From: a virus
IMG/VR virus record: IMGVR_UViG_3300050343_000270
Coordinates: 50,402 to 114,401 of that record
Length of the DNA: 64,000 nt
Strand: one strand, 5' to 3'
The notes beneath the pieces were generated by a model, which was given only the letters and a program-made list of their open reading frames with translations, was not told the origin of the DNA and did no database searches. Within the stretch, counting starts at the first letter, position 1. Each line of letters begins with the position of its first letter. The position numbers and the translations under genes were made by a program. Shown here one piece after another: positions 21,984 to 30,992 of this stretch.

Positions 21984-22786
21984 GACTTTTTTATCAGGTT
22001 GAGAATTTGTCTGGCGTCTTTTGCTGGTATATCAGAGAATGATTTCCAATCTGCCGTATTATTATTTCGATAAGAATTATTCTCCCAAAACTCTCGAAGT
22101 TTTGTAGATTTGAATTCGTCGAAGTCTACTGCAAATTTATCTGCAACCGTTTGGTCAAGCTGTGACTGAGGCGATAGTGATGCATTTGGATCTTCATTAT
22201 CTAGCGTCTCGAATTGAGGAACACCGCTGGAATTGTCAAGTTCGTCAACTCCAACAATATGAATATTTAAGAAATTACGCACACAACGAACAAAGGCGCG
22301 GTTACAAGCAATGGTTTCCAAGAACTTTAAACAAAAGCTATTTGTATTTTCAGATGTAGCATTAGCATATTCTTGATAAACAACATCTTCTTTTTGAGGA
22401 AATTCAGATGAGCCGATGCTTTCAAAGTTATGATTCCAGTGAATGGTGCATTTACATGAAATGTAGTCTTTGCGAACATGAGATACGTCAAACAAAACCT
22501 TAGAAAACCCGCGTATTTTTGCTAGGTATTTAATGCCTCCAAGCATAATGGCAAGTTGATTATCCTGCAAGCCTTCGGGCGATTTAGGAACATCCAAACC
22601 CTTTCTAGTAAACCACTCAGAGCGAACGTAAAGAAACTCATTGGGGATCATTGATCTCCAATCAATAGAACCATCTACATTATGCTTGTATTCTATATTT
22701 TCCAGCAAACCTAGTTGGTCGCGGGAATATGGGTTTTTTTGTTTTGCTTCTGATTTACTTTTTGGAGCTTTCTTTTTTGCTGGCAT
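21980..22786 (-). CDS. Putative Rad52/Sak-like single-strand annealing protein
   Basis: ETIACNRAFVRCVRNFLNIHIVGVDEL resembles the AETRA..RA.R..LNI...EEL motif; adjacent to an SSB-like gene. Confidence 0.5.
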   Translation of the reverse strand: MPAKKKAPKSKSEAKQKNPYSRDQLGLLENIEYKHNVDGSIDWRSMIPNEFLYVRSEWFTRKGLDVPKSPEGLQDNQLAIMLGGIKYLAKIRGFSKVLFDVSHVRKDYISCKCTIHWNHNFESIGSSEFPQKEDVVYQEYANATSENTNSFCLKFLETIACNRAFVRCVRNFLNIHIVGVDELDNSSGVPQFETLDNEDPNASLSPQSQLDQTVADKFAVDFDEFKSTKLREFWENNSYRNNNTADWKSFSDIPAKDARQILNLIKKS

Positions 22787-22792
22787 GTTGCT

Positions 22793-22821
22793 ATGATATA
22801 ATAAATTGATTAAACAGTCAA
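22793..22821 (-). promoter_or_regulatory. Sigma70-type promoter, near-leaderless
   Basis: TTGACT-17 nt-TATCAT, then 6 nt to ATG 22786. Confidence 0.7.
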
Positions 22822-22840
22822 GAATTAATTTAACAGAAAT

Positions 22841-22872
22841 AAAAAAAGGGGATGCTTATAGCACCCCCTTTT
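22841..22872 (-). terminator. Rho-independent terminator after the SSB-like gene
   Basis: Minus strand AAAAGGGGGTGC-TATAA-GCATCCCCTTTTTTT. Confidence 0.75.
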
Positions 22873-22907
22873 GAGTCGCGACTCGGATTCCTACCCGAAA
22901 ATTATTT

Positions 22908-23249
22908 TTAGAATGGAATGTCGTCGTCTACATCATCATTTGATGACTCTGGCTGAGATCCAGCGTTGCTTGATGCTTTTAGGCTATCAATCCTCCAAGC
23001 TGACAGACTGACATAATGATTGCCATTATACTCATTGCCTCGCACATTGAAGAATACCTCAACTGACTGACCGTCATTCAAATCATCAAGCTTGCCGCAA
23101 TTGTCTTTAATAAGTTCAAATTTAACATCTTGAGGATACTTGTCGTCATTTGTAGTGATGACAAATTCGCGCTTAGAGAAGCCGCTGTCAAATGTAACAG
23201 TTTCTCCAATTAGTTTGATTTTACCGTCTAGTTTTAGTTCGTTTTTCAT
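22908..23249 (-). CDS. DUF3127-like OB-fold ssDNA-binding protein
   Basis: FSKREFVITT..KYPQDVKFEL...FNVRGNEYNG..YVSLSAWRI with acidic DDDIPF tail. Confidence 0.75.
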   Translation of the reverse strand: MKNELKLDGKIKLIGETVTFDSGFSKREFVITTNDDKYPQDVKFELIKDNCGKLDDLNDGQSVEVFFNVRGNEYNGNHYVSLSAWRIDSLKASSNAGSQPESSNDDVDDDIPF

Positions 23250-24376
23250 TTGCAAATATTATATAACATAATCCAATCTAAGTCAAGAAAAATATCATCA
23301 ATATTTTCAAAAGAGTTCGATTCATAGTGGCTATTGTATTGTTGATTGTTTTTAAATACTTTTTTTCTACTGGCAATACGACTATTTTTGATAACCTCTT
23401 CGCTTATCTTTTCTTTTGACTCGCTTAATTTAGATTCTTCATCATAAGGTATCACTTTGTAATCAAAGAACTTAACTCGCTGTTGTTTTAAATTAATTTT
23501 ATTTGTGCAAATGAGGTGCATATCGATACCTCTCTCGCGAATATTATTAACAAAATTCTCGTCAAATTCATCTGCAACGTAGTTAATTAATTTAATTCTC
23601 GAACTATTAAGTAATTCTTTATCAATGGGTTTATTTGTAATTATCGATGCAGGGCTAGCCTCTAGCGATTGAGCGAGGTTGTCTTCATTGTGAAGCATGT
23701 CCATGCGTATAAATAAATTAGGGTGTTTGATTTGATATGGAAAATCTGGAACGATCTCGAATTGCTCTATAGTGTATTTAGGTCCTATGTAAGAAACCGA
23801 AGGGATTTGTGCTTTAAATTCAGGATCAACAAGGTCGCAAAATTCTTTGGATATCTCGTCTGGCTTAAGTCGGTTGATTGTCTTTGGGTTTTCTTCAAAT
23901 GAGAAAGATGGCTTCTCACCATTCGGGCGGTGAGTTTCAATTAGCTTTTGATTTTCGGGGTTACCCCAATATGGTCGCACACAAGCAACGTAAGAGTTTG
24001 CATAAACAGATAACATCTTTTTGTTGTAGTGACCAGCAAGATGGGCGGGAAAAGAATCAACACCTATAAAGTAATCACAGCGCCTGATAACATAAGCCAT
24101 TTGGTTTATGGTTGTTTGACCACGTAAATCAATATCACAATTAATTGTTGGATCTTTTTCTAGCCCTATTTGAACTGTTGTTATTCCGTGTTTTTTAAAC
24201 AGCGGTTGAAGCATCAATTTCACCTCGTTCCAATAATCATAGTCGCGCAAATTATCCTTTGCAGAAGTATGAAACACGACATACTTATCTGATACCACGG
24301 GGTAGAATTGTGCGTTAATTTCAGGGTTTTCAATTTTTAAACCCGTAGATAAACTATATCGTTCTAAGAGGTGCAT
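23246..24376 (-). CDS. GT9-like (heptosyltransferase-fold) glycosyltransferase
   Basis: VQIG...DLRGQTTINQMAYVIRRCDYFIGVDSFPAHLAG, the GT9 C-terminal motif. Confidence 0.7.
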   Translation of the reverse strand: MHLLERYSLSTGLKIENPEINAQFYPVVSDKYVVFHTSAKDNLRDYDYWNEVKLMLQPLFKKHGITTVQIGLEKDPTINCDIDLRGQTTINQMAYVIRRCDYFIGVDSFPAHLAGHYNKKMLSVYANSYVACVRPYWGNPENQKLIETHRPNGEKPSFSFEENPKTINRLKPDEISKEFCDLVDPEFKAQIPSVSYIGPKYTIEQFEIVPDFPYQIKHPNLFIRMDMLHNEDNLAQSLEASPASIITNKPIDKELLNSSRIKLINYVADEFDENFVNNIRERGIDMHLICTNKINLKQQRVKFFDYKVIPYDEESKLSESKEKISEEVIKNSRIASRKKVFKNNQQYNSHYESNSFENIDDIFLDLDWIMLYNICK

Positions 24377-26106
24377 TGCTTATTATAATTTTCAGAGTGA
24401 ATATCGAACATTATTTTATCGGCATCTCCTTGGTGCAGATAATCCAACATCCGTTGAGTTCCGATGTGAGGCAAGAAACATAAGTGGAAGTATCCTTTGT
24501 GGTTACTCGCGCCTTCCATCATCGGTAAGTTTTCCATGGCAGTATGGAAATTTAAAACTTTGTATATGTATGGATTGCCTTTGAGTATCGGTTGGAACTG
24601 TTCTTGGGTAGCGAAGTAAATGTCTTTGTTGGGATATGTTTTTTTCAGAGAAGGTAATAGTGATGTTGCTATGAATACATCGCCAGCAGATTCTGGCATA
24701 ACAAACAAAATGCGGTCATCAATTTCTCCATCTAACATGTCGGACAATTCTGGTGGGGCAAGGCTATTATCTTGCTCTTGTTCGACTTTAATTTTTTCAG
24801 CTTTGTAAACCTCCCTGAATGTTGTCTTTAACTTCTCTACTGTAACATCAACGGAAAAGCGGTCATCCAGACATTTTCTGCCGTTTTTCAAAAAGTGTTT
24901 TTTCATTTCATCATCCATTCTGAAAACTTTATGTAAATTGGAAGATATACTAGAAGGTCTTGTTGTCGCTTTAATGAAGTTCGTATGAGGTTCACGATAT
25001 TCATCCCAATCTAATGGCATTCCGCCATCTTCTTGAGAACATGAATCAAGACCACAAGAATAAGATGTGGCAAGAGTGATTAAGCCAGCCGATTTAGCTT
25101 CTTGAATGGGAAGCTCTTGACCGCCGCTGGTAAATGGATGGCAATAAACATCCATAATGTTGTAGATTTGGTTGAGTTGGTTCTCATTTACTCCCTTGCC
25201 ACTGTTTTTTGTTTTGACGCTTTTCGTTGAACCGCAAACACCGCAATTTTTATCTTCACCAGAATACGGAGCTAGAAAAAACTGACCGCATTTGTGGCAC
25301 AGGTAGGTAGCTAAGACATCTTTAGGGTTGATCTTTTTTTCGACGATGTATTTTTCAATATCCCAACCAGCATCTTTTTCTGCCCAATCGGTGTGTAGTA
25401 AAAGTTTCGTTTTTAATTCGGGGTGACTTTCTTGAAAAAGCCTAAATCCTTCAAGGATGTTTGGGACAGATTTTCTAAGTTGATTTTTGAATACAAAACC
25501 AATGACGTAGTCTTCACTTAGATTGTGTTTTTCTCTTAGTGCGTTTCGCTCGATAGCAGGAAGGGGATAATAATCTTTGTAATCTATAGCCCCGTGAATA
25601 GTTTCCACACCTTCGTAGCCATTCTCCTCCATTGCTTTTTGAGCAAACGTAGCCCACACCAACATCTTGTCACATACGCCGTGCATGTGATATGCTTGAT
25701 CAAGTATAGGTAAACTATCTAAAGTTGTCCACAGAATGGTTTTAACATCTTTCCACCATTTCTTTTTTTCAAATTGAGAGAAAGCCCATATATCTTCAAT
25801 ACCAAGATAGATATCGGGATTTTCTTCTTCAACAATTTTGTCAATCATGTAGTAGCCATAAGAAGCGGCGCGTTCTTTGGCTGGGTCTCCTTTTATTTTT
25901 TGTAAGACATCTGCCGTGGGGTGAGTTCCATAACTCTTCCAAGGAGTCATAAGGTCATTACCAAACCCAACCCCATTAGCCGCCTCAATAACCTCAAACT
26001 CATCGCTGTCATGGAGAGCGAGAAGAATGTTTTTCATATTCTTCCCAAACCCCGTGACAAGACGAGAGTAATTTGAATGAACTAATACTTTGATTTTTTT
26101 AGACAT
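24364..26106 (-). CDS. GT4 glycosyltransferase with Zn-ribbon insert and C-terminal GT9-like N-domain
   Basis: TGFGKN; NQLRKSVP; YNIMDVYCHPFTSGGQELPIQEA; CHKC...CGVC; C-terminal SAGDVFIATSLLPSLKKTYP...NPYI. Confidence 0.75.
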   Translation of the reverse strand: MSKKIKVLVHSNYSRLVTGFGKNMKNILLALHDSDEFEVIEAANGVGFGNDLMTPWKSYGTHPTADVLQKIKGDPAKERAASYGYYMIDKIVEEENPDIYLGIEDIWAFSQFEKKKWWKDVKTILWTTLDSLPILDQAYHMHGVCDKMLVWATFAQKAMEENGYEGVETIHGAIDYKDYYPLPAIERNALREKHNLSEDYVIGFVFKNQLRKSVPNILEGFRLFQESHPELKTKLLLHTDWAEKDAGWDIEKYIVEKKINPKDVLATYLCHKCGQFFLAPYSGEDKNCGVCGSTKSVKTKNSGKGVNENQLNQIYNIMDVYCHPFTSGGQELPIQEAKSAGLITLATSYSCGLDSCSQEDGGMPLDWDEYREPHTNFIKATTRPSSISSNLHKVFRMDDEMKKHFLKNGRKCLDDRFSVDVTVEKLKTTFREVYKAEKIKVEQEQDNSLAPPELSDMLDGEIDDRILFVMPESAGDVFIATSLLPSLKKTYPNKDIYFATQEQFQPILKGNPYIYKVLNFHTAMENLPMMEGASNHKGYFHLCFLPHIGTQRMLDYLHQGDADKIMFDIHSENYNKQCTS

Positions 26107-26675
26107 TAGAAAGGAGGATCGTTGTTATCCTCTTCTGGTGCATTTGTATTTGTTCTCTTAGCGGGTGCTGATGCTTTTTTAGCCCTCTCCCTTACATCTT
26201 GTTCACTAGTATCAATTAGAGAGTCGGCAATAAATTTCTTTAGAAGGACATTGAGGACTTGAGATTCACCAGAACTAATTGGCAACCTGAATACATCACT
26301 ACCGTTCCGCTTAACACTCAAAGACCATGCTGGAGTTTTATAATTTACGTCTCCGTTTTTTTCTTTGACATTGCGATTCTGCTCCCAAGGAACAAATCGG
26401 ATGATTGTTGAGTCGTCCTTGAATTTGTGAAAAGCGACAAACGGAATGCGTGATTTGATCGAAGAGACCATTTCGCCAGCTTCCGCCACACTTAATTTGA
26501 AATTAATATCTTTACCTCCACTAAAAGACCCTGTTTTCTTAGCATTATCCCAGCCTTTTTGCTGGATCATTGAGATAAAAAGGTTGCTGACAGAGTCGTC
26601 TCCGATTTTAGCAATATCAACAGTTGCGGCGCAACCAGTGTTTTTAGGGTTTGGTTTATAAATACGATATTTCAT
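26106..26675 (-). CDS. Putative ssDNA-binding protein (PC4/Whirly-like)
   Basis: Two beta-sheet/helix modules (FKLSVAEAGE; LPISSGESQVL); acidic DNNDPPF tail. Confidence 0.4.
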   Translation of the reverse strand: MKYRIYKPNPKNTGCAATVDIAKIGDDSVSNLFISMIQQKGWDNAKKTGSFSGGKDINFKLSVAEAGEMVSSIKSRIPFVAFHKFKDDSTIIRFVPWEQNRNVKEKNGDVNYKTPAWSLSVKRNGSDVFRLPISSGESQVLNVLLKKFIADSLIDTSEQDVRERAKKASAPAKRTNTNAPEEDNNDPPF

Positions 26676-26711
26676 GATTTACGTGTAATTTGTTAAGTAA
26701 CCTATTGTATC

Positions 26712-27662
26712 ATGAACTTCAATAAAATTCAACCTCAACAGTTGCAAATGCCCACTTTTTTTAGTAATAGTGGTGATTTGGCGTTTACAGACCTAACTAC
26801 TGGTTTCAAAGTTGAGTTGAGCCGATTCTTAACTGGCGATTTTGACATTAGCGGCGACTTAACAATTAATTTTAGAAGAATACCTCAAATGTCACCAAGC
26901 ATTGTGTTCGATAGAGATAGAGGTATGCTTATTGGTGGAACAAACTCAACTATAAGTGGAGAAGGCAACTTTGTAGTTAATGGAGACGGCAACTTGATTG
27001 GAGGAGAAGATAATACAATATTATTTTCGAAGGACTCTTATTTTCAACCCGCTTCTTCAGGTAACGTTTTGATTGGTGGCAATACTGTCACGTTTCCAAG
27101 TGGTGTCACAGGAAGCATGATGTTGGGAGACAACAATGCAAACAGGGAAATAGAGGCAAGTAATACTCTTTATGTTGAGTTTGACAGCGGTCAAAGATTT
27201 ATTAATGGTACAGTTTTTGAGGATAATATTGATGTAAGTGGAAGTTCAATATTTAACGGAACCGCAGATTTTGAAAATAATTTTACTGTTAACGCACCCG
27301 CAGATTTTAACGATGATTTTACTGTTAGTGGAGACACGACAATAATCGGTGATATAAACGGATCAGGTAATTTTGATGTTACTGGATCAACTTTTGATTT
27401 TACTGGATCAGCAATGAGGTATAATGGCGAACAAGTGGCTTTATTAGGATACGTTAATGACGCTATTGATTCAGCTAAAAACTATTTGGAAAACCTAATA
27501 GACGATCTGGAAGTCCGAGTAGACGATCTGGAAGTCCGAGTAGGAGATTTAGAATCACAAACTGGTTCGTATGTTCAAACGGGTAATTTTGTTATTGGTT
27601 CAGATACTGTTGATATTACTATCGATGGAACAACTATAACAAGTTCAGGAGTGGTTTCTTAA
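26712..27662 (+). CDS. Fibre-like virion protein (beta-repeat plus coiled coil)
   Basis: Gly/Asn repeats, GDFTVSG-type repeats, DDLEVRV heptads; GTGTAA at 26683. Confidence 0.55.
   Translation: MNFNKIQPQQLQMPTFFSNSGDLAFTDLTTGFKVELSRFLTGDFDISGDLTINFRRIPQMSPSIVFDRDRGMLIGGTNSTISGEGNFVVNGDGNLIGGEDNTILFSKDSYFQPASSGNVLIGGNTVTFPSGVTGSMMLGDNNANREIEASNTLYVEFDSGQRFINGTVFEDNIDVSGSSIFNGTADFENNFTVNAPADFNDDFTVSGDTTIIGDINGSGNFDVTGSTFDFTGSAMRYNGEQVALLGYVNDAIDSAKNYLENLIDDLEVRVDDLEVRVGDLESQTGSYVQTGNFVIGSDTVDITIDGTTITSSGVVS
27499..27543 (+). repeat. 21-bp tandem duplication (coiled-coil heptad)
   Basis: TAGACGATCTGGAAGTCCGAG x2. Confidence 0.9.
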
Positions 27663-28045
27663 TCTAAATCAACGCTAATGCCGTTGCGTTCAATTCTCTT
27701 GGGTTTGTCTGCCAAGTGTTTTTTACCAATATTTTTTTCGTAATTATCAAAGAATTTGCGCTTCACGGGATCTTCTGTGCCTGTTTTTTCTGATCTCTGT
27801 GCTGACATTTCTTCTGCAAGACCCATCATGTCTCCGACCGTGCCTTTCATATTTCCAGTCTTATCGATAAAGTCTCGTTTGTTAAATGGATCTAGGCTTG
27901 CTAGAGATTGAATCGAAGCGTTGGGTTTTGTGAAAATACGCTTCCAGTCTACGCCGTCTTCTTGATATACGTGTTCTTCATTCATTGTTTGAATGATTTC
28001 TTTAACCTCTTCGGTTTCTGGGTTTTGATATAGGTAGATAGGCAT
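27659..28045 (-). CDS. FmdB-like protein lacking the zinc-ribbon cysteines
   Basis: MPIYLYQNPETEE versus the canonical MPIYEYxCxxC; GTGTAA 12 nt upstream (28058-28063). Confidence 0.55.
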   Translation of the reverse strand: MPIYLYQNPETEEVKEIIQTMNEEHVYQEDGVDWKRIFTKPNASIQSLASLDPFNKRDFIDKTGNMKGTVGDMMGLAEEMSAQRSEKTGTEDPVKRKFFDNYEKNIGKKHLADKPKRIERNGISVDLD

Positions 28046-28046
28046 A

Positions 28047-29135
28047 CTATTGAAAGATTACACTTAAAATTTTATCGATACTCTTCTCGTAGGTGAACTC
28101 GCTTTTCAGTTTTTCGCCTTCTTTGTTCGGTTGTTTCGCCATAACGACAGCCGTTTCAAAAGCTGAAAAGATTTTTTCTTCGGAGATTTTATAATAACTG
28201 CCTTGGTTAAAAAGAAGACCTTCGTGGAAAAATATGTTGTCGTAGCATGGCTGTTTGTGTTCTGGCTCAACAAGAATACAATTATCTTTTTTCGCCCAAT
28301 CTTTGTGAGACGAACAGTTTGAAACTATACTCCACTTGCCGAGAGCCGTCGCATTAAACGCTGGCAGATTCCAACCCTCGCCATTTGAAAGACCTGATAA
28401 ATCAATGTCAATTGAGTTGGTGAGTTCGTTAACCTCTGAGTTGGTAGTAAGATGTGGTAGGAAGTTTATATTACTCCAACTTTGATTCATTAAGCTATAC
28501 TGCAACATCTCATCCATAGTCTCTTTTGCAAAGAATGGATTATTAACCAAACAAGTAAGTTGGTATTTTGGATTGTTTCCAAAACGCTTTAACCAAGACT
28601 GGATGATTAGAGATGTATTTTTGCGCCGTTCAAATTTGCCGACCAAACCAAAATGAGTAACATCGTCCATATACTCCTTATCGGTTTTACAAAAATCAGG
28701 ATCGAATCCTAGAGGGACGTGAGATACGTTATCACAACCAGCGGATTTAAAAGCATCATAAGCGTCAGAAGAAGAAAAGAAAACATGCTTCTGGGCTTTG
28801 ACGATATTGATCTCAGCTTCGGTTGGGCTATCAAGTTCGTAAAACGTGTATAAGTATTGTTCCTTTCCTATCCAACGTTCACTGCCATTAATGTGCCAAA
28901 CTCGAAGTGTCGGCGTGTTGGCATTCAAGTTGGAGTATCTGGATTGACCTGATTTCTTGATATACTCAACAAGTTCATCAGATTTTTTATCATAGGAGGC
29001 TAGCTCCGCTTTATCCCCAACAGGGAAAAGGTTTACATCTACGCCTTTTTTGTGAAGCTCTCGCATAAAGTTAAAGCTCACATTACCCAAACTAAGGGAG
29101 TTTAGGGGCGCATCAAAATTCAATTGTTTGTTCAT
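28047..29135 (-). CDS. GT4 glycosyltransferase
   Basis: VPLGFDP; VGKFERRKN; SNGEGWNLPAFNA. Confidence 0.8.
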   Translation of the reverse strand: MNKQLNFDAPLNSLSLGNVSFNFMRELHKKGVDVNLFPVGDKAELASYDKKSDELVEYIKKSGQSRYSNLNANTPTLRVWHINGSERWIGKEQYLYTFYELDSPTEAEINIVKAQKHVFFSSSDAYDAFKSAGCDNVSHVPLGFDPDFCKTDKEYMDDVTHFGLVGKFERRKNTSLIIQSWLKRFGNNPKYQLTCLVNNPFFAKETMDEMLQYSLMNQSWSNINFLPHLTTNSEVNELTNSIDIDLSGLSNGEGWNLPAFNATALGKWSIVSNCSSHKDWAKKDNCILVEPEHKQPCYDNIFFHEGLLFNQGSYYKISEEKIFSAFETAVVMAKQPNKEGEKLKSEFTYEKSIDKILSVIFQ

Positions 29136-29718
29136 TTTTTACTCGGTTTTGGAAAATTTTAAGTGTTTTGTCGTGAATGTTTATACAGCTTTGTGCTGAA
29201 AGATCTAAGGTTTTGGCTATTTTCTTCCATGGCGTAAGCTTGTTATTGTTGGTCTCAAAGTATCGCATTTTGAATATTTGTTGCACACGCTTGTCATGAT
29301 AATTAGTTATCATGTCTTTAATTTTCTCCATGGATTCGTTTTGTAGACAGTCTTCGTCTGGAGTAGGAGAGTTATCGCTCTGACAAAATTCCGTCTCTTC
29401 CAGACTTGTCATTATGCTGTGTTTTTGGAATTTAGTTTTCTCCGATAAACATAAGTATTTAGTCGTGTTAGCCAAGAAGGTAGAAAACTTCGACCTTTCT
29501 GGATCATACTTCTGAGCGGCTTCATATATAACAGAGTCTTTCTGGTCTATAAAGTCATTCAATTGGTTTTGGTTAAAACTTTTACCGCCATATGCTTTTA
29601 GCATATCCATAAAAATACCAGAATGCCTAAAGATTAATTCTTTTAACGCATCTTCATCACAAGCGGTTTCTCTCACTTGTGCGGCTAACTCTTGATCTGT
29701 TGATTTAGTTAAGTCCAT
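29113..29718 (-). CDS. Phage RNA polymerase sigma-70-family factor
   Basis: Region 2 (AAQKYDPERSKFSTFL) and region 4 HTH (IFKMRYF...WKKIAKTLDLSAQSCINIHDK). Confidence 0.8.
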   Translation of the reverse strand: MDLTKSTDQELAAQVRETACDEDALKELIFRHSGIFMDMLKAYGGKSFNQNQLNDFIDQKDSVIYEAAQKYDPERSKFSTFLANTTKYLCLSEKTKFQKHSIMTSLEETEFCQSDNSPTPDEDCLQNESMEKIKDMITNYHDKRVQQIFKMRYFETNNNKLTPWKKIAKTLDLSAQSCINIHDKTLKIFQNRVKNEQTIEF

Positions 29719-29729
29719 ATACGTATACT

Positions 29730-29757
29730 ATTATGTGCAATATAGTAAAAAAGTCAA
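29730..29757 (-). promoter_or_regulatory. Sigma70-type promoter for the phage sigma gene
   Basis: TTGACT-16 nt-CATAAT, 11 nt before ATG 29718. Confidence 0.6.
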
Positions 29758-30000
29758 GATGAAAAAAAAGTGAAGTTTTTGTAGATTTTTTGGACGAGGT
29801 TTTTATAATAAGTATCTAAGCGAGACGCTGAAGTTAAAGTCAGGTTAAAGAATTGTGTTTTAATTATTCACTACGTTCATATATAAAACACTGTAAGACA
29901 CTATATTTATTTCTTTATAAGAAGAAAACTTCGGTGCAAAAATTATATCTACTATTAGGCGAGATTTACCTTGCTTTTTTCTTCGACACGGGTTACATTC

Positions 30001-30006
30001 GTGTAA
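30001..30006 (+). promoter_or_regulatory. GTGTAA motif upstream of nrdB
   Basis: 11 nt before ATG 30018. Confidence 0.6.
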
Positions 30007-30017
30007 ACATAAACACA

Positions 30018-30992
30018 ATGATTTTCGAAGAACAAGTATCAAGGAAGCCGAATTATTACCCGTGGGCAGAAGAATTTATTGAAGTCATGCATAATGGCTT
30101 TTGGACAGATAAAGAGTTTAGCTTCTCTTCTGATGTTCAAGACTTCAACACCACGATGGACGATCAACAAAGAGAGATTATTATTAGAACTCTTTCTGCC
30201 ATTGGTCAAATCGAAGTCGCCGTCAAGAAATTTTGGGCGAAACTAGGAGACAACTTACCACACCCATCTCTTACAGATCTGGGCTATGTTATGGCTAACG
30301 TAGAGGTAATCCACAATAACGCTTACGAGAGACTACTTAAAGTTCTTGGTCTTGAGGATGTATTTGAAGAAAACCTCAAGCTTGATTTTATCGAGGGGCG
30401 GGTTAACTATCTGCGAAAGTATAATCACAGATATTACAAAGACAGCAAGAAGCAGTATGTTTATTCTTTAATACTATTTACTCTTTTTGTTGAGAACGTA
30501 TCTCTAATGAGCCAGTTTTATATTATCAATTGGTTTTCAAGAAACAAGAATGTCTTAAAAGATACAGAACAGCAGGTTCGTTACACAAGGAACGAGGAGA
30601 ATATCCACGCTCAGGTTGGTATCAAGATCATCAACACTATTAAAGAAGAGCATCCAGAGCTTTTTGATAAAGAGTTGGAAGATAGAATCATGCATGAAGC
30701 GGAACAAGCTTATTTTGCCGAATCTAAAATCATAGACTGGATGGTCAATGGTATTGATGAGCAAGGACTGAGTGCGCCTCTTCTCAAAGAATTCATTAAA
30801 GAGCGTATAAACGACTCTTTACAACAAATTTCATTTCCTAAAGCATTTGATGTTGACAATAATATCATTCAAGATACAATGTGGTTCGAAGAGGAGTTAA
30901 TGGGAAACAATTCAACAGACTTTTTCCATTCTCGACCTGTAGAATATTCAAAAAAATCACAAACATTTGACCTAGACAGCGTATTTGCATGA
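30018..30992 (+). CDS. nrdB: Ribonucleotide reductase beta subunit, class Id-like
   Basis: True start MIFEEQ at 30018; IGQIEVAVK, EVIHNNAY, FVENVSL, EENIH; C-terminal DFFHSRPVEY. Confidence 0.92.
   Translation: MIFEEQVSRKPNYYPWAEEFIEVMHNGFWTDKEFSFSSDVQDFNTTMDDQQREIIIRTLSAIGQIEVAVKKFWAKLGDNLPHPSLTDLGYVMANVEVIHNNAYERLLKVLGLEDVFEENLKLDFIEGRVNYLRKYNHRYYKDSKKQYVYSLILFTLFVENVSLMSQFYIINWFSRNKNVLKDTEQQVRYTRNEENIHAQVGIKIINTIKEEHPELFDKELEDRIMHEAEQAYFAESKIIDWMVNGIDEQGLSAPLLKEFIKERINDSLQQISFPKAFDVDNNIIQDTMWFEEELMGNNSTDFFHSRPVEYSKKSQTFDLDSVFA

Noticed and set aside
29853-30017. N-terminal extension of NrdB (e.g. ATP cone)
   Set aside because: TTG start with low-complexity, non-homologous sequence; the GTGTAA spacing supports ATG 30018
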